A stretch of DNA of 64,000 nt, taken from positions 1 to 64,000 of the forward strand of contig NW_020845065.1 in the NCBI RefSeq assembly GCF_003704095.1, in the 5' to 3' direction. Positions 36,661 through 61,206 of the stretch are shown here, piece after piece. The DNA is from Pocillopora damicornis. Lineage: Eukaryota. Numbering within the stretch: position 1 is the first letter of the stretch; every line of letters begins with the position of its first letter. Both the position numbers and the translations under genes were made by a program. Under the pieces are notes generated by a model. It saw only the letters and a program-made list of their open reading frames with translations. It did not search any database and was not told where the DNA came from.

Positions 36661-39182
36661 ATGATGATTCCAACGTCATACCAGCCTATAGGATCTGACT
36701 CACCTTCAGAGAACGACGACAACCACGACGAAGAATTAGAAGACTCGCGACAGTCGACATGGCGAAGAGCTATTCAAAGAGTGCGCCATATAGATAAGAG
36801 CTTTGTGGTATCAAAAGCTTTCTATTTTTTCTTCTACACCGCATTAGGTTCGCTTTTTCCGTTTTTTAGCCTATACTACAAACAACTATGGCTGACTCCT
36901 GGGCAGATTGGCCTTTTGCTTGCTCTGAGACCCGCCGTCAAACTTGTATGCTTGCCGTTGTGGAAAATGGTTACGGATCGATTCAGTAGGCCAAAAGTGG
37001 TGTACTTCATCTCAATTTTCGGTTGGATCATTGGTTATTACGGCCAGTCCTTTGTTTTTCCGACCAAATTACCTTGTTATGGTTCTGCAACAGAAATTTC
37101 AGCCATTCAAGATATTGCATTTTCGACCCCAGCTTCAAATATAAACAGACTCAACTCTACCGCCAAATCTAGCAACATTACAACAAGGGAACTTACTTTG
37201 AACAAACATTTGTCTACTTTTGTACAAAAATGGGACCCAGAAAGTTATCAGAAATTAAGCAAAATGAAGAAAACAGATGGGAATTTATTGGAAAGTGTCG
37301 TTAAATCGGAAGACGCTTCTTCGAAAGCAAAACGTTTAACGTGGTCGCAATTGAATGGTCATTATGCAAATATCGACACAGATGCAAAATCAAGAAAGAG
37401 GAGCTTTGTTCAGCGAAGTGAAAGTACTTTTAACTTATTTCCACGCGAAGACGCATCAGTTGACGATTTGAGACAAGTCATTGACGATCCACAAAATGAT
37501 AATCGAGGAAAAAAACTTGTACTCAAGTCAGATTCAGCACAGGAAAACATCGTAACGAAGCATAAAAACAATGAGCTGCGGCCCTACGAAACAGTGAACG
37601 ATATGCAGAGAAGTCCAAGACCAAGTGAAGATTTCCGCGTCAAATACAATACCTGGGTTTTTCGTACTCTCATTTTAATAGTAATTCTTACAGAAATCAT
37701 AACGACACCTACGCCAATGCTAGCAGACAATGCTATCGTAAGATCTCTGGTGGAAACTGACAGTGTGTATGGTAAACAAAGACTTTTTGGTTCTCTGGGA
37801 CTCAGCTTAGCTGCAATACTTGTCGCTGTGTGGGTGTCGTTGGAAACCGACTGTGTGCATACAGACACCATCAACTATGTCCCGTGTTTTCACCTCTTTG
37901 AGATTGCCATTGGAGCTACGGTTTTGGTTTCACTCTGCGTTGAATTTAATAGACCTCTTGAAGAGAATCCGAACGAATTTGACTTCAAAGACGCGATGAA
38001 GCTGTTTAAAAACTTCAAAAACGGCGTGTTTATTGTTACACTGTTCTTGTTTGGATGTTTCCACAGCCTTCAGAATTCGTTCTTGTTCTGGTATCTTCAA
38101 GATCTTGGTGGAACCCCTACCTTATTCAGTGTTATCCTGCTCATTTATTGCCTGGCTGAGGTAGTAATGTATTTCATTTCGGGGTACGTGGGTGAGGCTA
38201 TTGGTCAACAAGGAATCATCTGCCTGGCTTTCGCCTGTTATACAGCCAGGTACCTCATGTACTCCTACCTGAAAGATCCTTGGCTTGTAATTCCTATGGA
38301 GATGGTTCAAGGGATTACTTATGGAGGAGTGTGGTCCATTGCCACGGTTTATGTGAACGCGCCACCAGGTAAGTTCAGGCCTTTCAATATCTCAATACAG
38401 ACAGTTTGACTTGATAATCGCTAGAAAAAACTATGCTGGCAATCCATTCTATACTTCTATGAAAAAGACGGATTTAACTTGTTCGGTACAAAACGATAGA
38501 GTCAGGGAATTAAGGGAGTTTACATCAGGAACAAAGATTACAGTCAACGCCATCTCGGAGACTTTGCAGTGGCTGCAACATCAAGCACAATGTAGGGCAG
38601 AGTAGGAACTGTATGCCATGTCTGACAGCAGTTACTGGATTTCAATTTAGCCTTTAAGGCGGTACACTGAAAATAAGAATTACCTACTCACCTAAATATA
38701 TTAATCATGCGCCTGGCAGGCTTTCATTAGGATGCTCGACGCGATTTCTTTTTTCCTACAACAAGATGTAAACAGAGAGAGCATCAAATCGGTTTATGTT
38801 TTCCCGTTAATACGGTACTGACCTTTTTGCACTATATCCCTCTTGTTACGTTTTTTCCTCAGAAGCGACGCCCATGGTTCAAAGCATTCTTCATGGAAGC
38901 TACTGGGGTCTGGGAATGGCTCTCGGTTCAGGAATCAGTGGTGTAATCATCGATTTCACCAGCCCGCGCTCCATGTTCCTCGTTGCAGCAGCAATCTGTT
39001 TCCTACTGTGCATGTTTCACTTAGGAATTGACATTTATAACAAAATGAAAGCTTTAGAGGAAGAGCAAGCTCAAAGGCTGGCAGTTCAACGCGGTGAAGC
39101 AAAGCCGTCTAAATCCCATGAAAGTGCCTTTATCGGGGCAGCGGCTGCTCCATTAGTGCCATGCCTTCTTTACGGCAGATAG
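36661..39182 (+). CDS. MFSD6-like major facilitator transporter, copy 2; exons 36661-38368 and 38863-39182
   Basis: KAFYFFFYTALGSLFPFFSLYYKQLWLT, YGKQRLFGSLG, FLFWYLQDLGG, PWLVIPMEMVQGITYGG, VQSILHGSYWGLGMALG. The intron is at the same position and phase as in copy 1. Confidence 0.92.
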
Positions 39183-39962
39183 CCTTGAAATATTTTTGTA
39201 ATTCGCATTTAAAATTTTTCCACGTTCATTTGGAGAAATCTTGTAAGGTCACTAACTTCGTCGAACTTTGGTTCTCTGTCTGTCCAAGTTATTTCGTTCT
39301 TAAATTTTGTTAAGGGAGTAAAACAATATTTAAAACAAGAACTACATACATAGCATTTGTACCTAGAAACATGATATTTAAAACAGTAAAGGTACGGTCA
39401 GTTACAGGAAAAAGACGTTGTTGTTGTTGTTTTGAGGGGAAGGGGGGGGGGGGGTTGACTCTTAACAAAAGTTTCTATCAGCTGTTTCAACTTGTGACCA
39501 ACTGGAATCGATAAAAATGCAACTGACAGTGCTAAGCGCCCAAGTCCCTCAAATTCCCCTTGAATCATTGAGACAGTTTGATGAGTTTCTCTAGGATTAG
39601 TAATCGCACTTCATTTTACTAACCTTGAAATACGCCCGAGCAGAGGTGACGTTAAGAAACCAGAGGAGCGATTAATTCTGAACGAGCGCTGCATTAATGC
39701 CATGCGGCTAAAAAATCGACAGAAACAGAACACAACACGCACACACTTTACCAGCTTGTTTTTCTATTTGACCGATCGTTACACAATATAAATGTATGAC
39801 ATGTATCACTCCGCAGTAAACCAACCAACTTAGTTGTCACGCATGCAGTCTCATGCATTTTCTATTTAGGATATAGGAACTATCCAGAGGCACTTGGGAT
39901 CAAATTCTGTGTGGCTACACAATGTACTTAATGGACCAGCTCAGAGCATCATGAACGTCTGT

Positions 39963-52127
<12,165 letters not shown>

Positions 52128-53449
52128 TACAAATTTCCGCCCGTGGCGTCTTTTTATTTCAAAGCTGTCACGAGATAAAGAGCTGTGCTTGGAGTACCAA
52201 CAGACCTTGTCTGACCCCTAGCTGTCGATTATGTCAGTTAATTGGTCACGCCATAGTCTCTAAAGCGGGCCGTTTCTGGGGGAGGAAAATGTGACGTGAC
52301 ATCGCAAATAAAACAAATAACGCCACATACAAGTGTTGTCACGCTCATCCTCTCCTCAGAACGAATTAACAAATACTGGGGAGAGAATGTCCTAACCATG
52401 ATGTGGGGTAACAGAAAGTGGTGTTTGCTATTTGTAGATAGGAAAGTAAAACAGTGATTACTTTTCCTTTTAAGACACTTAGCACCTTGTTTGTCTCCGT
52501 AATCATGATTTATTGTTATTTTGTACATACATAGATAACTTTATTTAGTACTACAGATATGAACATTCTGCCCAATTACTGAGTTAAAATAACTTGAAAC
52601 TGAAAAGTTAACTTGTTACTGAAAAGTTTTTTTTTATTAAATAATTTTCTTAACTTTTTTGATCATGTGATCTGATCAACTAATCGTGGCAGCACGGTGG
52701 GAGGATTTCGAGCTCAAGACTGATTCATGCATCACCTCCTCCCTATCTCCCAAAAATATATATCCCACCATTATGAATGGAAAGTAGCTTGCACTCAGAG
52801 ACATCAAAAATTTTCTGAGTTTCTTTTCCCAGTTGATTTTGATGGGGCTGAACCAAATTCTGACGGATCGCTGATTTCAGCTGGCAAGACGCCTACAAGA
52901 CGCCTACAAGAAACTGAATCACGTCAAACTAAAGTGGTATCAATGTCGACATCTCGACATTTCCCAGCCTTAGATACGAGATAACTGGGTAGTCCGTAAA
53001 GATAGTTAATAATTCATGTTAGAGTAGTTTTCCTAAACAGTAAATATCTAAGGCTGCAGTCCACCGACAAATAATTGGTTTTGCGACACTCTACAAAGCA
53101 TTTCCTTTTTCAAATTTGCATAACTAGATTTCTCTGATGGTATAAGTGCCGCATGAAACTGATTCAAGTAAAGTGAAGCGCCATAGAGAGTTTTGGCTCA
53201 ATGTCTGCCGCTCTCTCGAGTTAATGCCTTCGTCCTCGAGGAGCGTCGGTTAATTACTTGAACAGAGGCTGGCTATCGAGTTTTGGATAATTAAGAAACA
53301 TTGCCGTTTGAGTTTTAACCTTTGGCGGAACAAACGGGAACGGATATGTCGATTCACAACTGGAAAGTCGTATTTCCTCAACAATCGTGTCATTCAAAGT
53401 CAAACAGTTGCTTGATGATATTCAATGTCATTATAGGTAACGATTGTCC

Positions 53450-56400
53450 TTAAATGAGCTCATTATCATAAAGGAACTTAAGACAGCCTCTTTCTTCTAG
53501 GTCCTCTAGGAATCCCATATGCGATTGGACTGCTCTCTCAAAGTACGGTAACCACGTAACTGAGTGAGTGATGGTTTTCAAGGAGAGTTGATGCAATGCA
53601 TACACACAACACACCGCAATAAAAACGTTCATGAACTGTTCCGAGTTGAAAGTCATTCCACTTGACTTTTCCAATTGTTCTTGATAAAATCGAACAAGGT
53701 CTGTACGTCTTGTTATTTCACCTCTCTCTGGAAGAACAAATGCAAGGAACTCAACCACGTCATGCTGAGGTGCATGAACTGTCGCCATTTCCCAGTCATA
53801 GATACAAGACACTCGACATAATTTGTTGTTTGCGATAAAAAAGCGGTTGTGGTTATCTTCCGTTGGAAATTCTTGCTTGCGGAGGCACACATTTCTTGGA
53901 GTAAAATCATAGTGAACTAAAGTCCTTGGAAATGACTCGATTACTTTCCATACGCGGTCCATGTTGTCAATAAAACTTCTGACAAGATTCGTCCTAACAT
54001 TAAGAGAAAAACACAATTTTCATCATAATATTAAAACAATTTTTCAGTTAGTACAAAAGTGATCCGGGATTTCTTTTGTTTTGCTTTACCTTGCTCCGTG
54101 ATTGGTCCAGAAAATCCGTGAAACTTTCGCAACCAATCAGATTCAAGACTAAAACCAGTCGCCCCTTAATAACTTGCGTTTACGTGCCAAGGAATTTGCT
54201 GGTTTTAACTTTGAGTTCTCATCGGCTCTTTGTGATATTTTGATTTGGTTTTGGTTTCACGACACTCAATCTAAAAGCAGACCATACTCTTTGATCCACC
54301 CATTTAAAAGACAAGTAATCAATCTAGTTTAAAGTTGCTTAATGCCAGGGAATGCGCGAATCACATGCAACCAGTAAGGAGAAAAGAATACATCCATTAG
54401 GAGCCACTTACCGAGTGACAGCCTTTTTAAAGCGTTTCATTCAAGCTTGTTGCGAGAATTTTGCTTTTTAATTCTTTCGCAATTTTTTTTTTCAAAGAAC
54501 ACGGCGTTTAACCCTTTGATTCCTAACAATGATAAGCATCTAATTTTTCCCAACAGTATCACCCCTGAATCAAATATTTAGATCAAAGAAACAAATGCGA
54601 ACGAAAGAGGCCCTTGACTGTTAAACAATTTCTCCTTTTAAGTATCATGGGCAATGTACAGAGGATAGTTCGGAGAACTTGCATACTGATGGTAGGATGT
54701 AAAGGGCTAAGTTAACTTCTTTTTTTTACAAAGAGTGTGAAATGATTCTTCCATGGCTCATTGTTCTTTAGTTTAATTCTTACCCGAGTATTGCAGTTAT
54801 TGATTGAGTGAGTTTGATGTCTAGAATAACAGAGTTCGCCTTTAGTTTCCTTCGTCTTGAGAACGAGGCGTTTAAATTTTAGGCATGGGCAACAAAATTG
54901 AGAACATATCATTAGGCATGTTAGGGCTTAGTCACCTTTTCGTAGTCCACAGATCAGGAAATGTCACGCAGTTGTGACGCAAAAGGGCGTACCAAAAACC
55001 TGAGAGCGCCTTCATAACGCTTCCGCTGTAAAAGCACATCCAGGGCTCAGATTCTAGGTTAGTTACGTTGCCAAGATGGATGCTATGGAAACGAGCAATA
55101 TCTCGCAGAACCACCTTTGAAAATCAATCAGTCAAAATAGTAATTAAAATAATAATAACAATAATGACAGCAACTATGAAGATGATGATGATGATTTAGT
55201 AAAATCCCGTTAATACGGCTATTAAAACAAAAGCTGAAGTGTCAAGTGAACTTGACTGATTTAAACACTTTGTCTTCGCTATACAGGCAAAACTTCGAGA
55301 AGACCGGTCACTGTGACAAACATGGGGATTTGGAAAAGAGAACTTCCCACACGTGCTGATCATGGAAGTGAAATTACAAGAAAAATGTCTCCTTCGTGCT
55401 CTAAGACCCGACCTGAAAATCAGTGCCATCTTCTTGTGGCACTGAGTGGCATTATTGCTTTATGTTTCTTTTCTCCTTTCCATCAAATTACGAAAGATTC
55501 GTAGAGCGGTGGGACTTGCCTTAATATCTTCTTGATCCCAGACCTCTGACGCGTTATTGATGGTGTTAAAATGTGTCACGTGACCAGTAAGATCCTCCAT
55601 AACTATTACAAAAACCTCCTATTAACCAATAAAAGAATGAGTACGTAAGCAGCAAAAGAGGTAAGCAGGTGAGACAGACAGAATCGAGTGAACATCTTGC
55701 AGCAAAAAGGGTTCAATTTCGCCTTAGAATGCACTATCAACACGAAGGTGTAGTTTTGTCTTGTCTGCACTGAACTCTACTTTCTTTGAAAAAGGACTTC
55801 GGATAACGTTTGACAGTTTGCCAAGCTGCTAAAATGGCGCTTTGATTAACTCACGACCGGGAGATTTCCGAGAAAGAAGAGGAATAATACAGACTGCCCT
55901 TACCTTAGAAGGATCACAGACAGTGTGATAAACTTTCGGTGCAATGTCTGTGAACCTTGAGTCCTGCGTCCTCATGACTTTAATCTCTCTTACATCAGAG
56001 TTCCTAAAATCAATTTGATGGTCACACAAATATTAAAAGAAACACTCAAATTGCTCTCTATCGCTGGCAGTTTTCTCTTGTCTGATTATTTTCTGTCAAG
56101 TATTTTCCCCTGCTCTAACCTACAGAGGTGATGGATCAAGAAAGGAATTGTTGAAGTAAAGTGCCGTTGTCCGTTGCCACAAACACAGCACAATGCGCCA
56201 CTCAGTGCTCAAACCCAGACCTCTCGACCGGGCGTTGAGCCCCATGAACTGATCACTGCGGCTCCACTTTAGCTTGTTTGTTTGCTTTGCCCCGATACAG
56301 CTGGAGACGCAGTTGGGGTAGATGAAGATGGAGACCCTACATCTTTGCAACTAATCTATTCTGGAAAATTTTTACCTGAAATAAGACACCTGGCGAAACA

Positions 56401-57646
56401 TCTCAGCATACTGGCTTACTTCTCCGCTTTTTTGCTCGATCCAGCTTCCAAAGATGTTAACGAACTTGAGGGCCAGTGGCTTACACTTTGCGACAACTCG
56501 AAATGTTTTCCTTGCTGAATCTTCTACCATTCAGTTGGTGGAGGACAAAGAAAATACATCTTGTCAGCACATAAACGGTCTTATAGAGTCTAGAGCACCG
56601 AATTGTGTGGTCTTCTAAACTCTATACAGTTTCGGTTCATCTTGGTTAAGACTCGAGCTCGATTTGGCATTTTGCGGGGATTTGAGATCGTTTTTCAGTC
56701 CATCTATATAAGTTTTGAAACTGTTTTTCCAAGACCGTTTGAACGCAGAAAAAGCTGAGCGCAACTTTTTTTTCTCTCTAAGCCTACGTGTAAAGCTAAA
56801 AAAAATGAAAGTCAAGTATTTTTGAAATTTAACAAAGCAAGAAAAAGAAAGCTGAAGCTCACCAGAGCTTGTTCTGTAAGTGATTTCAAATCCTTGGTGC
56901 CCAATCATTCGATCGTCATCTTTTATGGCTTTACATGTTGTGGTTAGACCAATGCTTTGCTGAGGGATCTGAGTAAGCGATTAAAACATGTGTTTATACA
57001 GAATTTAATTAAGTTGTTGTAATCGTTCACGGCGGAAAATATATCGATGGCTCCGTTGAAAGATCTGGGAGCTACTCTGCAATTATTTTCCCAATCACTA
57101 AATTCTGAAAGGAAAACTTCAAATCTGTGAAAAGGTTGAGGTGCGCATAGTTAGTCATAAGCCTGTGAATACTCCCTACCAAAGACGTTCCTACTCATTA
57201 CTGCGCGCCGTGCACTTCATTCAACGAGCACTTCAAGCGCGTGCGCTAAACTTGAGAGGCAGTAACATATTTGATCCGTCAAAGTTTTCTTCGAATGGCG
57301 CGTAGTTTTGGTGTGCGTTTTTTTTTTTTTCATAAAGAGATGATGGAGAGTGGCAAGGGGAGAAACAAAGAAAAACACTTCAACTTTCTCCCCAACCATT
57401 TTACCTCGCGTCCTGGTAATTCCCACCTTTCTCAGACGATGTGCATTATCACTTTACCTCAAATGGATACCAAGAAACAAGTTTTCCTCTTTTTCCAAGG
57501 ATACTTTGGAAAAACTCAACCGTCAACAGAGATGCAGTTGCGCCTTTACTTTCCATGTTGTTGCTGTTTTTGTCTCGAGCCTTTTTAATACCTTCTTCAG
57601 ACAGGAAACACGGTCTGTTGCAGAATGGGGCACACAATTCTGCCAT
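53450..57646 (-). CDS. APH/choline-kinase-like (small-molecule) phosphotransferase, ~454 aa; exons 57458-57646, 56863-56968, 56376-56523, 55904-56003, 55520-55618, 54936-55114, 53450-53993
   Basis: Frame-consistent exons giving RVVAKCKP (ATP-binding Lys), DVREIKV (helix C Glu), IVMEDL hinge, IARFHS, Brenner-type LVHYDFTPRNVCL and CIYDWEMA..PQHDV. An acceptor just upstream of the ATG implies further 5' exon(s). Confidence 0.85.
54508..54710. mobile_element. piggyBac-like MITE (TTAA-CCC ends) in a phosphotransferase intron
   Basis: Starts TTAACCCTTTGATTCCT and ends AGGATGTAAAGGGCTAA (imperfect TIR, TTAA-like flanks). Confidence 0.65.
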
Positions 57647-60284
57647 TGAATATCTGTGATGAAAGTAAAATGAGTTAAGTTTCCGTCAATGCTTTCCCAA
57701 CCTAAAATTCTGAACTTGTTTTTACTAAAAAAAATCTCATACAATCCTAAAAATTCGCCCACGGCGCAATGTAAACATATTCGCATATTCACGGAGGCTC
57801 ATTGTGCGGGCTTGAGCTACCTATGCTTTACTCAAGGTAGTTTGTCAGCCAAAGACAGTTGACTACAGCTGAAAGTAAACACTGAGTAAATTACTTCTGA
57901 TTGCCGTATCACTTACAATAGACCTTCTTCGCCTTGTTGTTTTGTTGTGCCATTCGATATTACTTGAGGGATTATTTCCTTTGAAAATCGATCAAGTGAA
58001 AGGAGCCTAAATTACTTTTTTACAAGATTTCGAAATTTACCGAATTGTTTTCAGTATTATGATTGGAAATCTCTTACACTCTTGTACTCTTTACCATAGC
58101 GCTATTTATTCATTATCATTATTATTCTTTGAATCTTTTGTTCCACCTGAAATCATGCACATGATAGATGACCTCCGTCATGCTGTATGCTAATATTAAC
58201 AATTGCAATCAAAGATCAGGTTGAACTTAGGCTTTCTCTTGTTTGTGGTACTTTGGGTGCATTGAACAGTGAAGCGACAATATTGTATTATACTCAGAAA
58301 TTACTAAGCTTACATTTCGAAGCCAAGATTATTTTGTTGGCGCGTTTCTTGGTAAAAGGCGTATTGAAAGATTTTTGAATTGCAGACTGTCTGCCAACTT
58401 TGTCGTTAATACAATGCGCGAGCGCATGAGGGGATCGAAAGGTTGTTTTGGTATTATAAATGCAAATAGTTTTGATGATGCATAAAAGCTCTCTTATATG
58501 GATTTAGCCTCCATTAGCACCTAAAGTTAGTGATATGTTTCTGTAGTTCAATATAAGAGGAAAAACAAAGCTAGAAAATACTAGTTATCTAAAAATTTCT
58601 GACACTCTGTGTATACACAGACGATTACTTGCTATTGTAAGACACTTTTGGTTATTTTTCCTTTGGGAATGATTGTTTTCTCCACTGCTAGCAGGTTCGC
58701 CCTATTCGCTAGGACTCAAACAATCAAACAACAAAAATTCATTCATAAAGACTAGAAAGAGATTGTCAACCATTTTCGTGCAGAGTCGGAAACATCGTGG
58801 GTTTGTTACACGAAAAAGACAAAGCTTACCAGATTAAGGTTTACCCCAGTTCTTGAATGCAGCACTTATAAAATCACCGCAATTCTCGCTTGATCGAAGG
58901 TTAATTCTTGAGACAATCACGAGTAAACTTTACAAAAATAAGATAATGCTCAGTCAACGTGCAGGTTCCCACGTGGAACTGAATAGAGTCCTCACTGCAT
59001 GTGCATATTCCGACGGATTTTTGATCCGTAAGTAAAGTAAAACGCCAAATTCTATAAGTTCGCAAGTTACAGTTCCCTAGAAGTCTACCAGGTAGAATTT
59101 CTTTGCGAATTCTTACGACGATGCTCTCGTTCGTAGGTAGAGATGTATGTCACGCAAAGATGTTTTGAACCAAACCGCACCTCTTTGTTTTGGTTGAGTG
59201 ACAAATAGACAGGATGGACTCGTGGCATATGGACTTGGACTATGGAACGAGATGAAGATAAAGAAAAATATGACACAAGGAAAACGGAACTTAAAAAAAT
59301 GTGGGATATTATGTTGTATAAAATTTAAGAAAAGCAGATTTGCAAGAGAACTAGTAGTTCAACGGCAAACTCTATATTTTTACCATCTTCCCGCAACGAC
59401 TAAATAGCTACTGAATTTTTATTGCGGTAATGAGTGCATATATTTCTCTGCTGTGCAGGGTGATTATTTTTTACGGTGATTCAGATAAAAGTCAATACTA
59501 ACAATGTCGCTCAAGATCGCGACTGCTGTTCAAATTCCCGTCGAAAATTCAAATCTTTTAAGTCATTTGTTTAACTCTCGTCTAGAAAGAGACCAGAAAA
59601 TTTTACAGATGGGTGAAGAACCGATTGAAATTAAGACTGTAGGCATAAGGTCTCAACCAAGGTTTAAACAAATCTTGTGCACACGAGGCGCTTGTAATAA
59701 ACTTTCGAGGGCGACAAGCCGTCTCAGTATAAGCCTTGTTTTTAAACCTTATTTATCCGGCATTTGAATAATCGACCGCCAAAAAACACAATATCGATGA
59801 GCTGTATTCTGGAATGGATAAAACCTCCCCTTTTTTCAACAGCAGAAAAGGGAAGACAAACACTATAATTCGGTAATTGGGTTCTCGAATGCCGATTTCT
59901 ACTCAGAAAAATTAGGTCACGTTTCAGGTGAAAAGAGAAAAAACATATGCTTTTAAGTAATAAGTTTAAAAAAGAGGAAAATAAAAGGAAAAGAAAAGGC
60001 AAAAAAAATTATAAAAATAAAAAGCTTGCTACCGCCTAGAGTCGATCCCTCGACCTTTCAATTGCCGAGAAAAGCACAATTCACTGCGCAGAGTATGCAA
60101 ATGTAATTTAAAATTGGTAATGTGCTTTCAGCGAGTGGACCAAAATTTTCAAAATGCGAAGTCAATTCAGTGGCCTCGGTATTTTATCCTTCCATAATTC
60201 ATTTCCGCGTTTGACGGCCCTCAGCCATTTTGACTTTCACGTTTGTTCGCATCGTTTGCATATGGTGCTTTCCTGAGAAATAAG

Positions 60285-60440
60285 TAAATGGGGTAAGTTT
60301 TTAAAGAAACTGTGTCGCTGCGTTGGTGGGAGAGCATAACAGGGTAATTTAGTATTATCAGCTGAATTATAACTTACATTGGCCACCGTAAAGAGTTTCA
60401 AAGCTGACTTTTCGAACGTTAACCCTTCGTCGAAGCTTCC
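60285..60440. mobile_element. Penelope-like repeat fragment
   Basis: GGGGTAAGTTTTTAAAGAAACTGTGTCGCTGCGTTGGTGGGAGAG...AAAGCTGACTTTTCGAACGTTAACCCTTCGTC; same family as 3841 and 43883. Confidence 0.6.
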
Positions 60441-61206
60441 ACTGCTTTTCTGAGGGTCGAGCTAAATTTTATCACGGAAATGGTAGTTTTGATTTTAGTT
60501 GCGCAATTGTTACATTTATCACAGCATTCAATGACCTGACACGGTTTGATGCTACTCTAGTTTAAAGATTTAATGAATTAATGTAACCGAGAAGTTACGA
60601 CCAGGTTCCCATGTGAACTTTAATATATTCAATGACTTGTTTGCTTTGAGCCTTGCTTAGTTCGGGTAACTTTTTTTCCCGGTCGGTAACATGTCACGGC
60701 TGCACCACTGGTTTCATGAGTGACATAACCCTCGAAAGCTTACAGCTACATCATCTTTAGCTCTGCAAAATAAACCCTCGATCGATTTGCCTTGTATTTA
60801 AAGGACCTTTTTTACTAAAAGCGGCATTTAAAATATCCACTTGTAGAGAATTGAGCCTCGTAAAAGGATATTTGAGACCCAGGGTAAAAACAAAGAGCAC
60901 TGTAAACTCGTGTACCTATTAGGTGCCTACTTTTTATTTTGAATTGAACCTTGAATCCTACTTATTCAGATTAAATTTTATTTTGAATTATATTTTTTGA
61001 ATTATATTTTTTGCAGTTACCCTTGTGACCACGCATATTTTGGTTATTTATTTCAAGCACTCTAAAGAACAATATAAAAAAAATAAGAAAGTTCCTGTTG
61101 GTTGACCTCACTCCTACCGGTCTGAAACGATATTTGCCCTCAACAAGTAAGCTAAAAATTTCAAATGCAATGTACAAAAGCCACGGCTGGAATTAAATAC
61201 CAGTAA

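Noticed and set aside
52240-52305. CLEAR/TFEB-like element upstream of GH31 (GTGACGTGAC)
   Set aside because: Imperfect match lacking the CACGTG core; insufficient to call lysosomal regulation.
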